Assembly: GCF_000011805.1 (NCBI RefSeq)
Contig: NC_006840.2
Length of the DNA: 32,000 nucleotides
Source of the DNA: Aliivibrio fischeri ES114
GTDB taxonomy: Bacteria > Pseudomonadota > Gammaproteobacteria > Enterobacterales > Vibrionaceae
Reading direction: 5' to 3' (one strand)
Both the position numbers and the translations under genes were made by a program. The notes under the pieces are model-generated. The model was not told the DNA's origin. It was given only the letters and a program-made list of their open reading frames with translations, and did not search any database. Positions 1 through 9,534 of the stretch are shown here, one piece after another (positions within the stretch are counted from its first letter, which is position 1; each line of letters opens with the position of its first letter).

Positions 1-1598
1 ATGATGGCAAAAATACTCATTTTTTAGATGTATCGATCTCACCGATTGTTTTGGCTTCACCATACTCAGAGAGAACGTCTATCCCTAGAGTTGCTCCTTC
101 TGAACTGTCTCTTATTCCAAAACCAGAATCAGTACAACGTTTTGATGGCCAATTTAATCTAAAAGATAAAATCTCTCTAGAAACACAAACCCATTTAGCA
201 CAAGGTGCCGCCCAGTGGTTAAGTGATGAATTAGAAAACATTACTTCTTTAAAGTATCCGATTAAATCACAAGGTCAGATCCAATTCATTGCTAATCCAA
301 CATTAGATAAAGGTGCATATCAACTTTCAGTATCTGAAGATATCATCACTCTTACTGCAGGCTCTAATGAGGGATTCGTTCACGCATCTGCGACGCTTTT
401 GCAATTAATAAATGAAAGAACACACTTAATCCCGTGTGCAAAAATCAAAGACCAACCACGCTTTCACTATCGTGGAATGATGCTAGATTGTGCAAGACAC
501 TTCCATCCACTAGAGCGTGTAAAACGTTTAATTAATCAATTAGCTCATTATAAATTTAACACTTTCCATTGGCATTTAACGGATGACGAAGGATGGCGAG
601 TAGAAATAAAAGCCTTTCCTGAATTAACGCAAATTGGTGCATGGCGTGGGCCAGAAGAAGTGATTGAGCCACAATACACTCATATAGCAGAAAAGCATGG
701 TGGTTATTATTCTCAAGAAGAGATTAAAGACGTCATTGCTTATGCAGAACAGCGTGGAATAACAGTAATACCTGAAATCGATATTCCAGGCCATTGCCGT
801 GCAGCTATTAAATCACTACCTCATTTGTTAATTGATTCTGACGATAATTCGGTTTATCGCAGTATTCAACACTACACAGATAATGTGCTATCACCGGCAA
901 TCGAAGGTACCTATCAATTTATTGATACTGTGCTCGAAGAAATTGCAGATCTTTTCCCTGCACCATACGTTCATATTGGTGCAGATGAAGTTCCAAAAGG
1001 GGTTTGGACTGATAGTGAAAAATGTCAAAAATTAATGGAAGAGCAAGGTTATAGCGACCCTGTTGAATTGCAAGGTCACCTACTTCGTCATGCTGAAAAC
1101 AAATTAAAACAACTAGGCAAACAGATGCTTGGTTGGGAAGAAGCTCAGCATGGTAATAAAGTCAGCAAAGATACCGTTATTTACTCTTGGTTAAGTGAAG
1201 AAGCAGCATTAAATTGTGCCAAACAAGGTTTTGATGTCGTACTCCAACCCGGTCAAACCACCTATTTAGATATGGCACAAGATTATGCTCCTGAAGAGCC
1301 TGGAGTAGATTGGGCAAATGTTCTTCCTCTTGAAGAGGCTTATAACTACGAACCTCTTGCTGAATTAGCTGATAACGACCCTATTCGTAAACGCATTCTC
1401 GGAATTCAATGTGCACTTTGGTGTGAAATCATCAATAACCAAGAGCGCATGGATTACATGATTTTCCCACGTCTTTTAGCAATATCTGAAGGAATGTGGA
1501 CACAAAAACAACACAGAAACTGGACAGACTTTTTAGCAAGGTTAAATGGACGATTACCAACCCTAACACGTCAGGGTATTAATTTCCGTCAACCATAA
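1..1598 (+). CDS. beta-N-acetylhexosaminidase, GH20 family (5' end lies outside the window)
   Basis: Frame 3 is open from nt 3. There is no stop, ATG, GTG or SD before the TTG at 51 used by the ORF track, so the gene most likely starts upstream of the window. The translation carries GH20 hallmarks FHWHLTDDEGWR and HIGADEV (Asp-Glu catalytic pair). It lies directly upstream of chitobiose phosphorylase, as in Vibrio (GlcNAc)2 operons. Confidence 0.9.
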   Translation, partial: DGKNTHFLDVSISPIVLASPYSERTSIPRVAPSELSLIPKPESVQRFDGQFNLKDKISLETQTHLAQGAAQWLSDELENITSLKYPIKSQGQIQFIANPTLDKGAYQLSVSEDIITLTAGSNEGFVHASATLLQLINERTHLIPCAKIKDQPRFHYRGMMLDCARHFHPLERVKRLINQLAHYKFNTFHWHLTDDEGWRVEIKAFPELTQIGAWRGPEEVIEPQYTHIAEKHGGYYSQEEIKDVIAYAEQRGITVIPEIDIPGHCRAAIKSLPHLLIDSDDNSVYRSIQHYTDNVLSPAIEGTYQFIDTVLEEIADLFPAPYVHIGADEVPKGVWTDSEKCQKLMEEQGYSDPVELQGHLLRHAENKLKQLGKQMLGWEEAQHGNKVSKDTVIYSWLSEEAALNCAKQGFDVVLQPGQTTYLDMAQDYAPEEPGVDWANVLPLEEAYNYEPLAELADNDPIRKRILGIQCALWCEIINNQERMDYMIFPRLLAISEGMWTQKQHRNWTDFLARLNGRLPTLTRQGINFRQP

Positions 1599-1636
1599 GT
1601 CACCCATTTATTAGTATTTTAGTTAAGGATAAAAAA

Positions 1637-4042
1637 ATGAAATACGGTTTTTTCGATAACGACAATCGTGAATATGTCATCACACGCCCTGACGTACCAG
1701 CACCATGGACTAACTACTTAGGTACAGAAAAGTTCTGTACGGTTATTTCTCACAATGCTGGCGGTTACTCTTTCTATAACTCTCCAGAGTACAACCGTGT
1801 TACTAAGTTCCGCCCAAATGGCACATTTGATCGCCCAGGACATTATGTTTATTTACGTGATGATGAAACTGGTGATTACTGGTCAATCTCATGGCAACCA
1901 GTAGCAAAAAGCTTAGACGAAGCAAACTATGAAGTTCGCCACGGTCTTTCTTACTCAAAATTCAAATGTGAGTACAACGGTATTGAAGCAACAAAAACGT
2001 TATTCGTACCAAAAGGTGAAGATGCTGAAGTATGGGATGTCGTGATTAAAAACACGAGCGATAAACCACGCACTATTTCAACGTTCTCATTTGTTGAGTT
2101 TTCATTTAGCCATATTCAATCTGATAATCAAAACCACCAGATGTCTCTTTACTCTGCGGGTACAGAATACAAAAATGGCGTACTTGAATACGATCTTTAC
2201 TACAACACCAATGACTTTGAAGGCTTCTACTACCTAGCTTCAACGTTTGATCCTGATTCATATGATGGCCAACGCGATACCTTCTTAGGTCTATACCGTG
2301 ATGAAGCAAATCCGATTGCCGTTGAAAAAGGACGTTGTTCAAACTCAGCGCAAACTTGTTATAACCACTGTGGTTCTCTGCATAAACAATTCACAATTCA
2401 ACCAGGTGAAGAAGTCCGTTTTGCTTACGTACTAGGTATTGGTAAAGGTAATGGCGAACGTCTACGTGAAAAATATCAAGACGTAGCAAATGTGGATGCG
2501 GCATTCCAAGAAATTAAAAATCACTGGAATGAGCGCTGCGAAAAATTCCAAGTATCATCACCAAACGAAGGCCTAGATACGATGATCAACACATGGACGC
2601 TATACCAAGCTGAAACGTGTGTTGTATGGTCTCGCTTTGCTTCTTTCATTGAAGTTGGTGGTCGTACTGGTCTTGGTTATCGTGATACTGCTCAAGATGC
2701 GATTTCTGTGCCTCACGCTAACCCAGCAATGACTCGCAAACGTATTGTGGATTTACTACGTGGACAAGTAAAAGCAGGTTACGGTCTACACCTATTCGAT
2801 CCAGATTGGTTTGATCCAGAAAAAGCAGATGTTAAACCATCTAAATCACCGACAGTGGTTCCAACACCATCAGACGACGACAAGATCCACGGTATTGAAG
2901 ATACGTGTTCTGATGACCACTTATGGATCGTTCCTACTATTATCAAATACGTAATGGAAACTGGTGAGCATTCTTTCTTTGATGAAGTGATCCCATATGC
3001 TGATGGTGGCGATGCAACAGTCTACGAACACATGAAAGCAGCACTAGATTTTTCTGCTGAATATGTTGGTCAAACAGGTATCTGTAAAGGGTTACGAGCT
3101 GACTGGAATGACTGTCTAAACTTAGGTGGTGGTGAATCATCAATGGTTTCATTCCTACATTTCTGGGCACTTCAAGAGTTCCTAGATTTAGCTAAATTCC
3201 GTAATAACGATGCTGACGTAACGAAATATACAGAAATGGCAGCAAATGTTCGTGAAGCGTGTGAAACACACCTTTGGGATGACGAAGGTGGTTGGTACAT
3301 TCGTGGCCTAACAAAAGATGGCGACAAAATTGGTACAGCGCAACAAACCGAAGGTCGAGTGCATCTTGAGTCAAATACATTAGCGGTACTTTCTGGTGCG
3401 GTATCTCAAGAACGCGGTGAGAAAGCGATGGATGCAGTTGATGAAAACCTATTCTCTGAATACGGTCTTCACCTAAATTCACCATCATTTGCAACACCAA
3501 ATGATGATATCGGTTTTGTTACTCGTGTTTATCAAGGCGTAAAAGAAAATGGCGCAATCTTCTCTCATCCAAACCCATGGGCTTGGGTAGCAGAAGCGAA
3601 ACTTGGTCGTGGTGACCGTGCGATGAAGTTCTATGATGCACTTAACCCATATAACCAAAATGACATCATTGAAAAACGTATTGCTGAACCATACTCATAC
3701 GTTCAATTCATTATGGGTAAAGATCACCAAGATCATGGTCGTGCAAACCACCCTTGGTTAACTGGAACATCGGGTTGGGCTTACTTTGCAGTAACTAACT
3801 TTATCTTGGGTGTTCGTACTGGTTTTGATGGATTAACAATTGATCCATGTATTCCAACAAACTGGCCTGAATTTACCGTTACTCGCCAATGGCGTGGCGC
3901 CACTTACCACATTCAGGTGAAAAACCCGAATTCTGTAAGTAAAGGGGTTCAAAGCATTACGCTTAATGGTGCAGACGTTGTGGGTTCAGTACCGGTTCAA
4001 GCTGAAGGTTCTATTAACGAAGTTGTCGTAATTATGGGCTAA
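1637..4042 (+). CDS. chbP: N,N'-diacetylchitobiose phosphorylase (GH94)
   Basis: 801-aa ORF with ATG preceded by AAGGA. The N-terminus MKYGFFDNDNREYVITRPDVPAPWTNYLG and overall length match my recollection of characterised Vibrio ChBP. In the motif RADWNDCLN the second Asp is residue 492 by my count, which I recall as the reported catalytic Asp (from memory). Confidence 0.93.
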   Translation: MKYGFFDNDNREYVITRPDVPAPWTNYLGTEKFCTVISHNAGGYSFYNSPEYNRVTKFRPNGTFDRPGHYVYLRDDETGDYWSISWQPVAKSLDEANYEVRHGLSYSKFKCEYNGIEATKTLFVPKGEDAEVWDVVIKNTSDKPRTISTFSFVEFSFSHIQSDNQNHQMSLYSAGTEYKNGVLEYDLYYNTNDFEGFYYLASTFDPDSYDGQRDTFLGLYRDEANPIAVEKGRCSNSAQTCYNHCGSLHKQFTIQPGEEVRFAYVLGIGKGNGERLREKYQDVANVDAAFQEIKNHWNERCEKFQVSSPNEGLDTMINTWTLYQAETCVVWSRFASFIEVGGRTGLGYRDTAQDAISVPHANPAMTRKRIVDLLRGQVKAGYGLHLFDPDWFDPEKADVKPSKSPTVVPTPSDDDKIHGIEDTCSDDHLWIVPTIIKYVMETGEHSFFDEVIPYADGGDATVYEHMKAALDFSAEYVGQTGICKGLRADWNDCLNLGGGESSMVSFLHFWALQEFLDLAKFRNNDADVTKYTEMAANVREACETHLWDDEGGWYIRGLTKDGDKIGTAQQTEGRVHLESNTLAVLSGAVSQERGEKAMDAVDENLFSEYGLHLNSPSFATPNDDIGFVTRVYQGVKENGAIFSHPNPWAWVAEAKLGRGDRAMKFYDALNPYNQNDIIEKRIAEPYSYVQFIMGKDHQDHGRANHPWLTGTSGWAYFAVTNFILGVRTGFDGLTIDPCIPTNWPEFTVTRQWRGATYHIQVKNPNSVSKGVQSITLNGADVVGSVPVQAEGSINEVVVIMG

Positions 4043-4077
4043 GCTCGTTTAATGATGAGCTAAGTGTTATAGACAAA

Positions 4078-4106
4078 AGTAAGGCACCTTATTCTGGTGC
4101 CTTACT
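4078..4106 (+). other. Intercistronic perfect hairpin (11-bp stem, 7-nt loop) without U-tract
   Basis: AGTAAGGCACC ttattct GGTGCCTTACT, followed by ATAAAAGG and not by a T-run. It lies between the chbP stop (4042) and the next start (4123). Confidence 0.6.
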
Positions 4107-4122
4107 ATAAAAGGAATTTACT

Positions 4123-5535
4123 ATGATTCAATTTGGTACAGGTGGTTGGCGCGCATTTATTGGTGAAGAATTTACCAAAGATAACGTACGTCTTGTTGCT
4201 CAAGCACTATCAAATATTATGATTAACGAACAAGTCCAAAATAAAGGGTTTGTTATTGGTTATGACCGTCGTTTCTTATCAGATAAAGCAGGAAAATGGT
4301 TTGCAGAAGTGGTTGCAGCCAATGGCATTAAAGTAAGTTTTATTGATAAGTTTGTTCCAACCCCTATCGTTATGTTCCAAACAAAAGAGATGGGGTGTAT
4401 CTACTCAGCTTGTATCACTGCATCTCATAACCCTGCAGACTACAACGGTGTGAAAGTGTTCATCGAAGGTGGTCGTGACGCCGATGAAATCATTACCCAA
4501 AAAATCGAACAACAAATTGCTCATTTAACTCAACAAGATGTTAATGCATTAGAATTTGAAGAAGCGGTTACTGCGGGAAAAATTGAAATCATTAACCCAA
4601 TGAACGCATTTGTTGACTCAATCATCGACTTTATCGATATCGAATCAATTAAAAAAGCCAACTTACGTGTACTTATCGACCCAATGTTTGGTGTAGCAAA
4701 AAATGCGCTTCAAACGGTTTTAATTAATGGTCGTTGTGATGTTGACGTTATCAACGATGGTGAAAACCCTGCATTTGGAGGCTTAATGCCATCGCCAAGT
4801 GCCGCTACTTTGTATCGCTTAAAACACTTAGTTGCACACGAAGGTTATGACATTGGTATTGGTACTGATGGAGATGCTGACCGTCTAGGTATTATCGATG
4901 AAAAAGGTAATTTTATTCACCCTAATGAAGTCCTAATTCTCCTTTACTACTACTTACTTGAGTACAAAGGCTGGAAAGGCTCAGTGGTTCGTAATATTGC
5001 AACGACTCACTTGCTTGATAAAGTCGCAGCAGATCACGGCGAAAAATGCTTTGAGGTACCTGTAGGCTTTAAGCACATCAGCTCCCAAATGGAAGCCGAT
5101 GATTCTTTAATCGGTGGGGAAAGTTCAGGTGGTTTAACCATTCGTGGACACATTAAAGGTAAAGATGGCGTATTCGCTTCTAGCTTATTAGTTGAAATGA
5201 TCAGCGTGACAGGTAAAAAACTATCTGAAATGCTTGATGAGATTTACGCTAAATATGGTTACGCCTATACAGCGGAAGGCGATTGCACCTTTAAACCAGC
5301 AGAAAAAGAAACACTGTATAATAAAATTTATGTAGAGAAGCAACTGCCTGAATTTGAATATGAAATAGAAAAAGTAAGCTATGAAGATGGTGCAAAAGTT
5401 TACTTTAAAAATGGCGGTTGGGTCATTGCTCGTTTCTCTGGTACCGAACCATTATTACGTATTTTTGCTGAAATGGAAGACAAACCAACTGCAGAAAAAG
5501 TACTTAATGAAATGAAAGCTTTCCTTTCTCTTTAG
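4123..5535 (+). CDS. phosphohexomutase (phosphoglucomutase/phosphomannomutase family; probable GlcNAc-phosphate mutase of the chitobiose operon)
   Basis: 470 aa with SD AAGGA. It has the phosphoserine loop TASHNPADYNG, metal loop GTDGDADR, sugar loop GGESSGG and phosphate loop RFSGTEP. It is the last gene after chbP, as in Vibrio chb operons. Confidence 0.9.
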   Translation: MIQFGTGGWRAFIGEEFTKDNVRLVAQALSNIMINEQVQNKGFVIGYDRRFLSDKAGKWFAEVVAANGIKVSFIDKFVPTPIVMFQTKEMGCIYSACITASHNPADYNGVKVFIEGGRDADEIITQKIEQQIAHLTQQDVNALEFEEAVTAGKIEIINPMNAFVDSIIDFIDIESIKKANLRVLIDPMFGVAKNALQTVLINGRCDVDVINDGENPAFGGLMPSPSAATLYRLKHLVAHEGYDIGIGTDGDADRLGIIDEKGNFIHPNEVLILLYYYLLEYKGWKGSVVRNIATTHLLDKVAADHGEKCFEVPVGFKHISSQMEADDSLIGGESSGGLTIRGHIKGKDGVFASSLLVEMISVTGKKLSEMLDEIYAKYGYAYTAEGDCTFKPAEKETLYNKIYVEKQLPEFEYEIEKVSYEDGAKVYFKNGGWVIARFSGTEPLLRIFAEMEDKPTAEKVLNEMKAFLSL

Positions 5536-5573
5536 TTTCTACGTTTTAACTAAAACAAGAGCTCTAAAGAATT

Positions 5574-5613
5574 AACCCAGCTAATATAAGAGTCTGTTAG
5601 CTGGGTTCTTTTT
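5574..5613 (+). terminator. Rho-independent terminator of the chitobiose operon, between convergent genes
   Basis: AACCCAGCTAA (5574-5584) pairs with TTAGCTGGGTT (5597-5607), followed by CTTTTT. It sits 39 nt after the mutase stop and 13 nt beyond the fbpC stop. The U-tract is good only for the plus strand. Confidence 0.75.
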
Positions 5614-5619
5614 ACACTA

Positions 5620-6654
5620 TTAATCCTGAACAAAAACAATTGGGCAATGTGATTTGATTTCAAACTTCACCTTTTCACCTATCGTTAATGAATCATTAGA
5701 AACGGCGATTAATTCCACACCTTTACTATCGATGACATAACGACACGTATCTCCCATAAATTGCAGCTCTTTCACTGTAGCTTCACCATTTACATCACGA
5801 TATAACGTAATATTTTGTGGTCGCAGTAGCACTTCCGCTTTTTTATCCGCTTCCGTTGTGCTTCTACCACAAGAGATGAAACCAACTTGAGTATCTATAT
5901 CTCCGTTTTGGTTAATCGTACCTGATACGTAAGATCCACCACCTAAAAAATCAGCTACGAAGCGACTATTAGGGGAGTAATATAAATCGTTAGAGCTACC
6001 AAACTGTTCAATCACGCCATGATTCATTACTGCTAATTTATCTGAAAAAGCGAAGGCTTCTTCACGACTGTGAGTAACAAAAATAGCTGTCACACCTTGT
6101 GCCTTAAAAATTCGACGGATCTCTTTAATCAAGTCATGACGTACTTGTGTATCAATATTTGAAAATGGCTCATCAAGTAAAAGTAAATCAGGTTCACTTG
6201 CCAACGCTCGTGCAATAGCTACACGCTGTTGTTGCCCACCTGACAATTGATGAGGATAACGGTCACCAAATCCGCTTAAATGAACTAGGTGTAACATCGA
6301 CTCAACTTTATCGTCGGCTTTTTTCTTATCCCAACCTTTTAAGCCAAAACCAATATTTTGAGTCACCGTCAAATGAGGGAAAAGTGCATAATCTTGAAAA
6401 ATCATGCCGATGTTTCTTTGTTCTGGTGGTAACCAAGTATTGTTATCCGTTATCACCTTACCATTTAAGTTCATCTCACCAGACGATAAAGGCAACAGAC
6501 CTGCAATGGATTTTAATAACGTCGTTTTTCCACACCCACTTGCACCAAGTAAACAAACGATCTCACCTTGTTCAACATTTAATGAAAGCTGAGATAAGAT
6601 ATCTTGATCGTGATAGCGACAAGTCAAATTTGAAATAGATAATGCAGATTTCAT
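5620..6654 (-). CDS. fbpC: ferric-iron ABC transporter ATP-binding protein
   Basis: 344 aa with Walker A GASGCGKTT, signature LSGGQQQRV and Walker B LLLLDEP, plus a C-terminal TOBE-like region. Its start overlaps the fbpB stop (TAATG) at 6654. Confidence 0.88.
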   Translation of the reverse strand: MKSALSISNLTCRYHDQDILSQLSLNVEQGEIVCLLGASGCGKTTLLKSIAGLLPLSSGEMNLNGKVITDNNTWLPPEQRNIGMIFQDYALFPHLTVTQNIGFGLKGWDKKKADDKVESMLHLVHLSGFGDRYPHQLSGGQQQRVAIARALASEPDLLLLDEPFSNIDTQVRHDLIKEIRRIFKAQGVTAIFVTHSREEAFAFSDKLAVMNHGVIEQFGSSNDLYYSPNSRFVADFLGGGSYVSGTINQNGDIDTQVGFISCGRSTTEADKKAEVLLRPQNITLYRDVNGEATVKELQFMGDTCRYVIDSKGVELIAVSNDSLTIGEKVKFEIKSHCPIVFVQD

Positions 6655-8285
6655 TAATGATGTTGCTCCAAAGAACGGTTAACAATAATTAATGGAATTA
6701 ACCCCACTAAAACCAATAGCACCGCAGGCATCGCTGCGATTTCTAGTTGCTCATCAGAAGCAAAATTAAACACGTAAGTTGCTAGTGTTTCAAAATTAAA
6801 TGGACGCAATAATAACGCTGCATTGAGCTCTTTCATGGTTTCAATGAACACTAGAAGCCCCGCAATTAAACACCCTCGACGAATCAGTGGAAAGTGCACT
6901 CGACGCAGCATAGACCAAGTCCCACATCCCAATGTGCGAGAAGCCATATCTAATGAAGGTGGTATCTTATTTAAGTTACTTTCAATAGAACCGATAGCGA
7001 CCGCTGAAAATCGAGTTACAGAAGCAAAAATTAACGCAAAAATAGAGCCAGAGAAAATTAGACCAATAACCCCAAAACCAAGTTGTTTTGATACATCATT
7101 AATAAAATGATCCAAACCAATCATAGGTAGCATAACGCCAATCGCTAACACCGTTCCTGGCACAGCATAGCCTAATGAAGCTAAACGCATAGGAACAACG
7201 CTCCATTTACTAGCAGGCTGTAAGCGACGTAAAAAATTCACTACAACAGCAATGATTACGGCAATGACAGCAGAAATACTAGAGACATATAAACTATTGA
7301 TGGCATATTCTTGAAACTCAGCAGTCCAGCTTTGCTCAAAGTAATCAATTGCATAACTGATTAACTGCATTAATGGGAAAATAAAAGCGATTGAAACAAG
7401 TCCCCAACACCAAATTAATGCTCCCCACTTTTTCCAACCATACAATTGATATTGAAATTCCTCGCTCGTATTAAATTTTTCTTGAAACATTTTTTGTTTA
7501 CGTCGGCTATAACGTTCACCACTGATCAATAATAAAATACCCATCAGCATAAAAGCAGAAACCTTAGCCGCCGCATTTAAATTTGAATAGCCAAGCCAAG
7601 TATCATACACCGCCGTCGTTAACGTATTCACAGCAAAATAGCTAACGGTACCAAAATCACCTAGTGCTTCCATTGCCACTAATGACAAGGCAACAGCAAT
7701 CGATGGTCTAGCAAGAGGTAAAGAGATGCGTTTAAAACTCTCCCAAGGAGTACATTTTAGTAATCGAGCCGACTGCAACAGACTGATGTTCTGCTCCATA
7801 AAAGCAGCACGAGCTAATAAATAAACATAAGGATACAAAACTAAAGACATGACTAAAATGGCTCCAGCTAATGTACGAATATCTGGAAACCAATAATCGC
7901 TGTATGACTGCCAGCCAAAAATATCACGTAATAACACTTGTATTGGGCCAGCAAAATCTAACCAATCTGTGTAGATGTACCCAACGATATAAGCAGGCAT
8001 AGCAAGAGGCAAAACCAAAGCCCATTGCAAAATAGAAGAGCTAGGAATGCGGCACATTGCCATAAACCAAGCTGAAGGGACACCCAAAATAAGAGAGAAG
8101 AACATCGCACCAAACACTAATAAAACCGTATTGAGTGTGTATGTAGGAAGCACAGTATCAAACAGATGAGTAAATATATCGTCTGTATTACCGAGCGCTG
8201 TATATAGGATCGCTAAGATCGGCAAAACCAGTAGTAGAGAAAAACTCCAACTACTGGTTTTCCAAAATAATAATTTTTCTTTCAT
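6654..8285 (-). CDS. fbpB: ferric-iron ABC transporter permease (fused double-permease type)
   Basis: 543 aa and highly hydrophobic, with a duplicated permease architecture. It is flanked by the binding protein and the ATPase in one operon. Confidence 0.85.
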   Translation of the reverse strand: MKEKLLFWKTSSWSFSLLLVLPILAILYTALGNTDDIFTHLFDTVLPTYTLNTVLLVFGAMFFSLILGVPSAWFMAMCRIPSSSILQWALVLPLAMPAYIVGYIYTDWLDFAGPIQVLLRDIFGWQSYSDYWFPDIRTLAGAILVMSLVLYPYVYLLARAAFMEQNISLLQSARLLKCTPWESFKRISLPLARPSIAVALSLVAMEALGDFGTVSYFAVNTLTTAVYDTWLGYSNLNAAAKVSAFMLMGILLLISGERYSRRKQKMFQEKFNTSEEFQYQLYGWKKWGALIWCWGLVSIAFIFPLMQLISYAIDYFEQSWTAEFQEYAINSLYVSSISAVIAVIIAVVVNFLRRLQPASKWSVVPMRLASLGYAVPGTVLAIGVMLPMIGLDHFINDVSKQLGFGVIGLIFSGSIFALIFASVTRFSAVAIGSIESNLNKIPPSLDMASRTLGCGTWSMLRRVHFPLIRRGCLIAGLLVFIETMKELNAALLLRPFNFETLATYVFNFASDEQLEIAAMPAVLLVLVGLIPLIIVNRSLEQHH

Positions 8286-8308
8286 TGCCTAAACTGCAAG
8301 GCTCTTAT

Positions 8309-8342
8309 AAAAATGATGAGGTATTGTTACCTCACCATTTTT
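8309..8342 (-). terminator. Intercistronic terminator-like hairpin between fbpA and fbpB (probable partial attenuator)
   Basis: The minus-strand RNA reads AAAAATGGTGAGGTA acaa TACCTCATCATTTTT, a 15-position stem with one A/C mismatch and its own T-run. It lies 11 nt after the fbpA stop and 24 nt before the fbpB start. Confidence 0.55.
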
Positions 8343-8352
8343 AAATATCAAA

Positions 8353-9366
8353 TTAAAGATCGAATTTAACTTCATCTAAAAGCTTAATTGCTTTTGTATG
8401 ATTGTCAGCGATTTCGTCTAAAGAAAGTGTATCGGCTTTAAAGTCACCCCAAGAAGCAACTAACTCAGAACGTTTAACTCCTGGTTTTACAGGGTATTCA
8501 TAGTTCACTTCAGCGTACATACCTTGTGCTACATCACCAGTTAAGAACTCCATTAATTTTAATGCGTTATCTTTATTTGGTGCGTATTTTGCCATCGCCA
8601 TACCACTCACATTCACATGTGTACCGTCAGTATTTTGATTTGGGAAGTTAATGTATACCGACTCAGCCCAAGAAACTTGTTTTGGATCGTTAACCATTTT
8701 ACCTAAGTAGTAACTATTACCTAAAGCAAGATCACAAAGACCTTCTTTAATTGCTTTCACTTGCGCACGATCATTACCTTGTGGTTTACGAGCAAGGTTC
8801 GATTTTACGCCTTCTAACCACGTTTTCGCTTCTGCTTCACCATGATGAGCAATCATTGAAGAAACAAGAGATACATTATATGGGTGCTTACCACTACGAG
8901 TACAAATCTTACCTTTCCATTCAGGTTTAGCTAAATCAGCATAATCAAAATCAGCACCTAGTTTACCCACACGGTCACGAGATGAATAAACGTTACGAGC
9001 GCGAAGTGTTAGAGCAAACCACTCATCTTCAGCATCACGATATTGTGCAGGAACATTTGCATCAATAACTTTACTATCAACAGGTTGAACTAAGTTTTTA
9101 TTCGTTAATTCAGCTAAACGACTAATATCAGTTGTTAAAATAACATCTGCTGGGCTTAATTCCCCTTCTTGAGCCAATTTCTCAGCTAGGCCTTTTTTAG
9201 CAAACTTAACATTAACCTGAATACCAGTCTCTTTTGTGAACTCTTTGAACATTGGCTCAACTAAGAAAGGTTGGCGATAAGAGTAAACGTTAACTTCTTC
9301 AGCAGCCATAACACTTGGTGCAAACATACCTGCAATTAAAGCAGAAACTGATAGTAATTTTTTCAT
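8353..9366 (-). CDS. fbpA: periplasmic ferric-iron-binding protein
   Basis: 337 aa with signal peptide MKKLLSVSALIAGMFAPSVMA/AEE and SD AAAGGA. It is the first gene of the ABC operon and has a Fur box upstream. Confidence 0.88.
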   Translation of the reverse strand: MKKLLSVSALIAGMFAPSVMAAEEVNVYSYRQPFLVEPMFKEFTKETGIQVNVKFAKKGLAEKLAQEGELSPADVILTTDISRLAELTNKNLVQPVDSKVIDANVPAQYRDAEDEWFALTLRARNVYSSRDRVGKLGADFDYADLAKPEWKGKICTRSGKHPYNVSLVSSMIAHHGEAEAKTWLEGVKSNLARKPQGNDRAQVKAIKEGLCDLALGNSYYLGKMVNDPKQVSWAESVYINFPNQNTDGTHVNVSGMAMAKYAPNKDNALKLMEFLTGDVAQGMYAEVNYEYPVKPGVKRSELVASWGDFKADTLSLDEIADNHTKAIKLLDEVKFDL

Positions 9367-9396
9367 GTTATTCCTTTAAAATCTTTACTTATAAAT

Positions 9397-9415
9397 GGTA
9401 ATAATAATAATTATC
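9397..9415 (-). promoter_or_regulatory. Fur box upstream of fbpA
   Basis: The minus strand reads GATAATTATTATTATTACC, matching the 19-bp Fur consensus GATAATGATAATCATTATC at 15/19 positions. It lies 31-49 bp upstream of the fbpA ATG. Confidence 0.7.
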
Positions 9416-9471
9416 AATAACGATATTATACGAAGAGATTTAAAAAAGACAATGATCCAATTTTCTTTTTG

Positions 9472-9509
9472 ATAAAAAAGAGCCCCAATACTTGCGCATT
9501 AGGGCTCTT
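9472..9509 (-). terminator. Rho-independent terminator after amtB
   Basis: The minus-strand RNA reads AAGAGCCCTAAT gcgcaagt ATTGGGGCTCTT followed by TTTTTAT. It starts 26 nt after the amtB stop. Confidence 0.75.
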
Positions 9510-9534
9510 GAATTTGTAAGGAAATATTAACTTT

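Noticed and set aside
51-53. TTG at 51 as the true start of the hexosaminidase.
   Set aside because: The frame is open back to nt 3 and there is no SD upstream of 51. As I recall, GH20 enzymes of Vibrio chb operons are over 100 aa longer than 515 aa. I treat the gene as 5'-truncated by the window.
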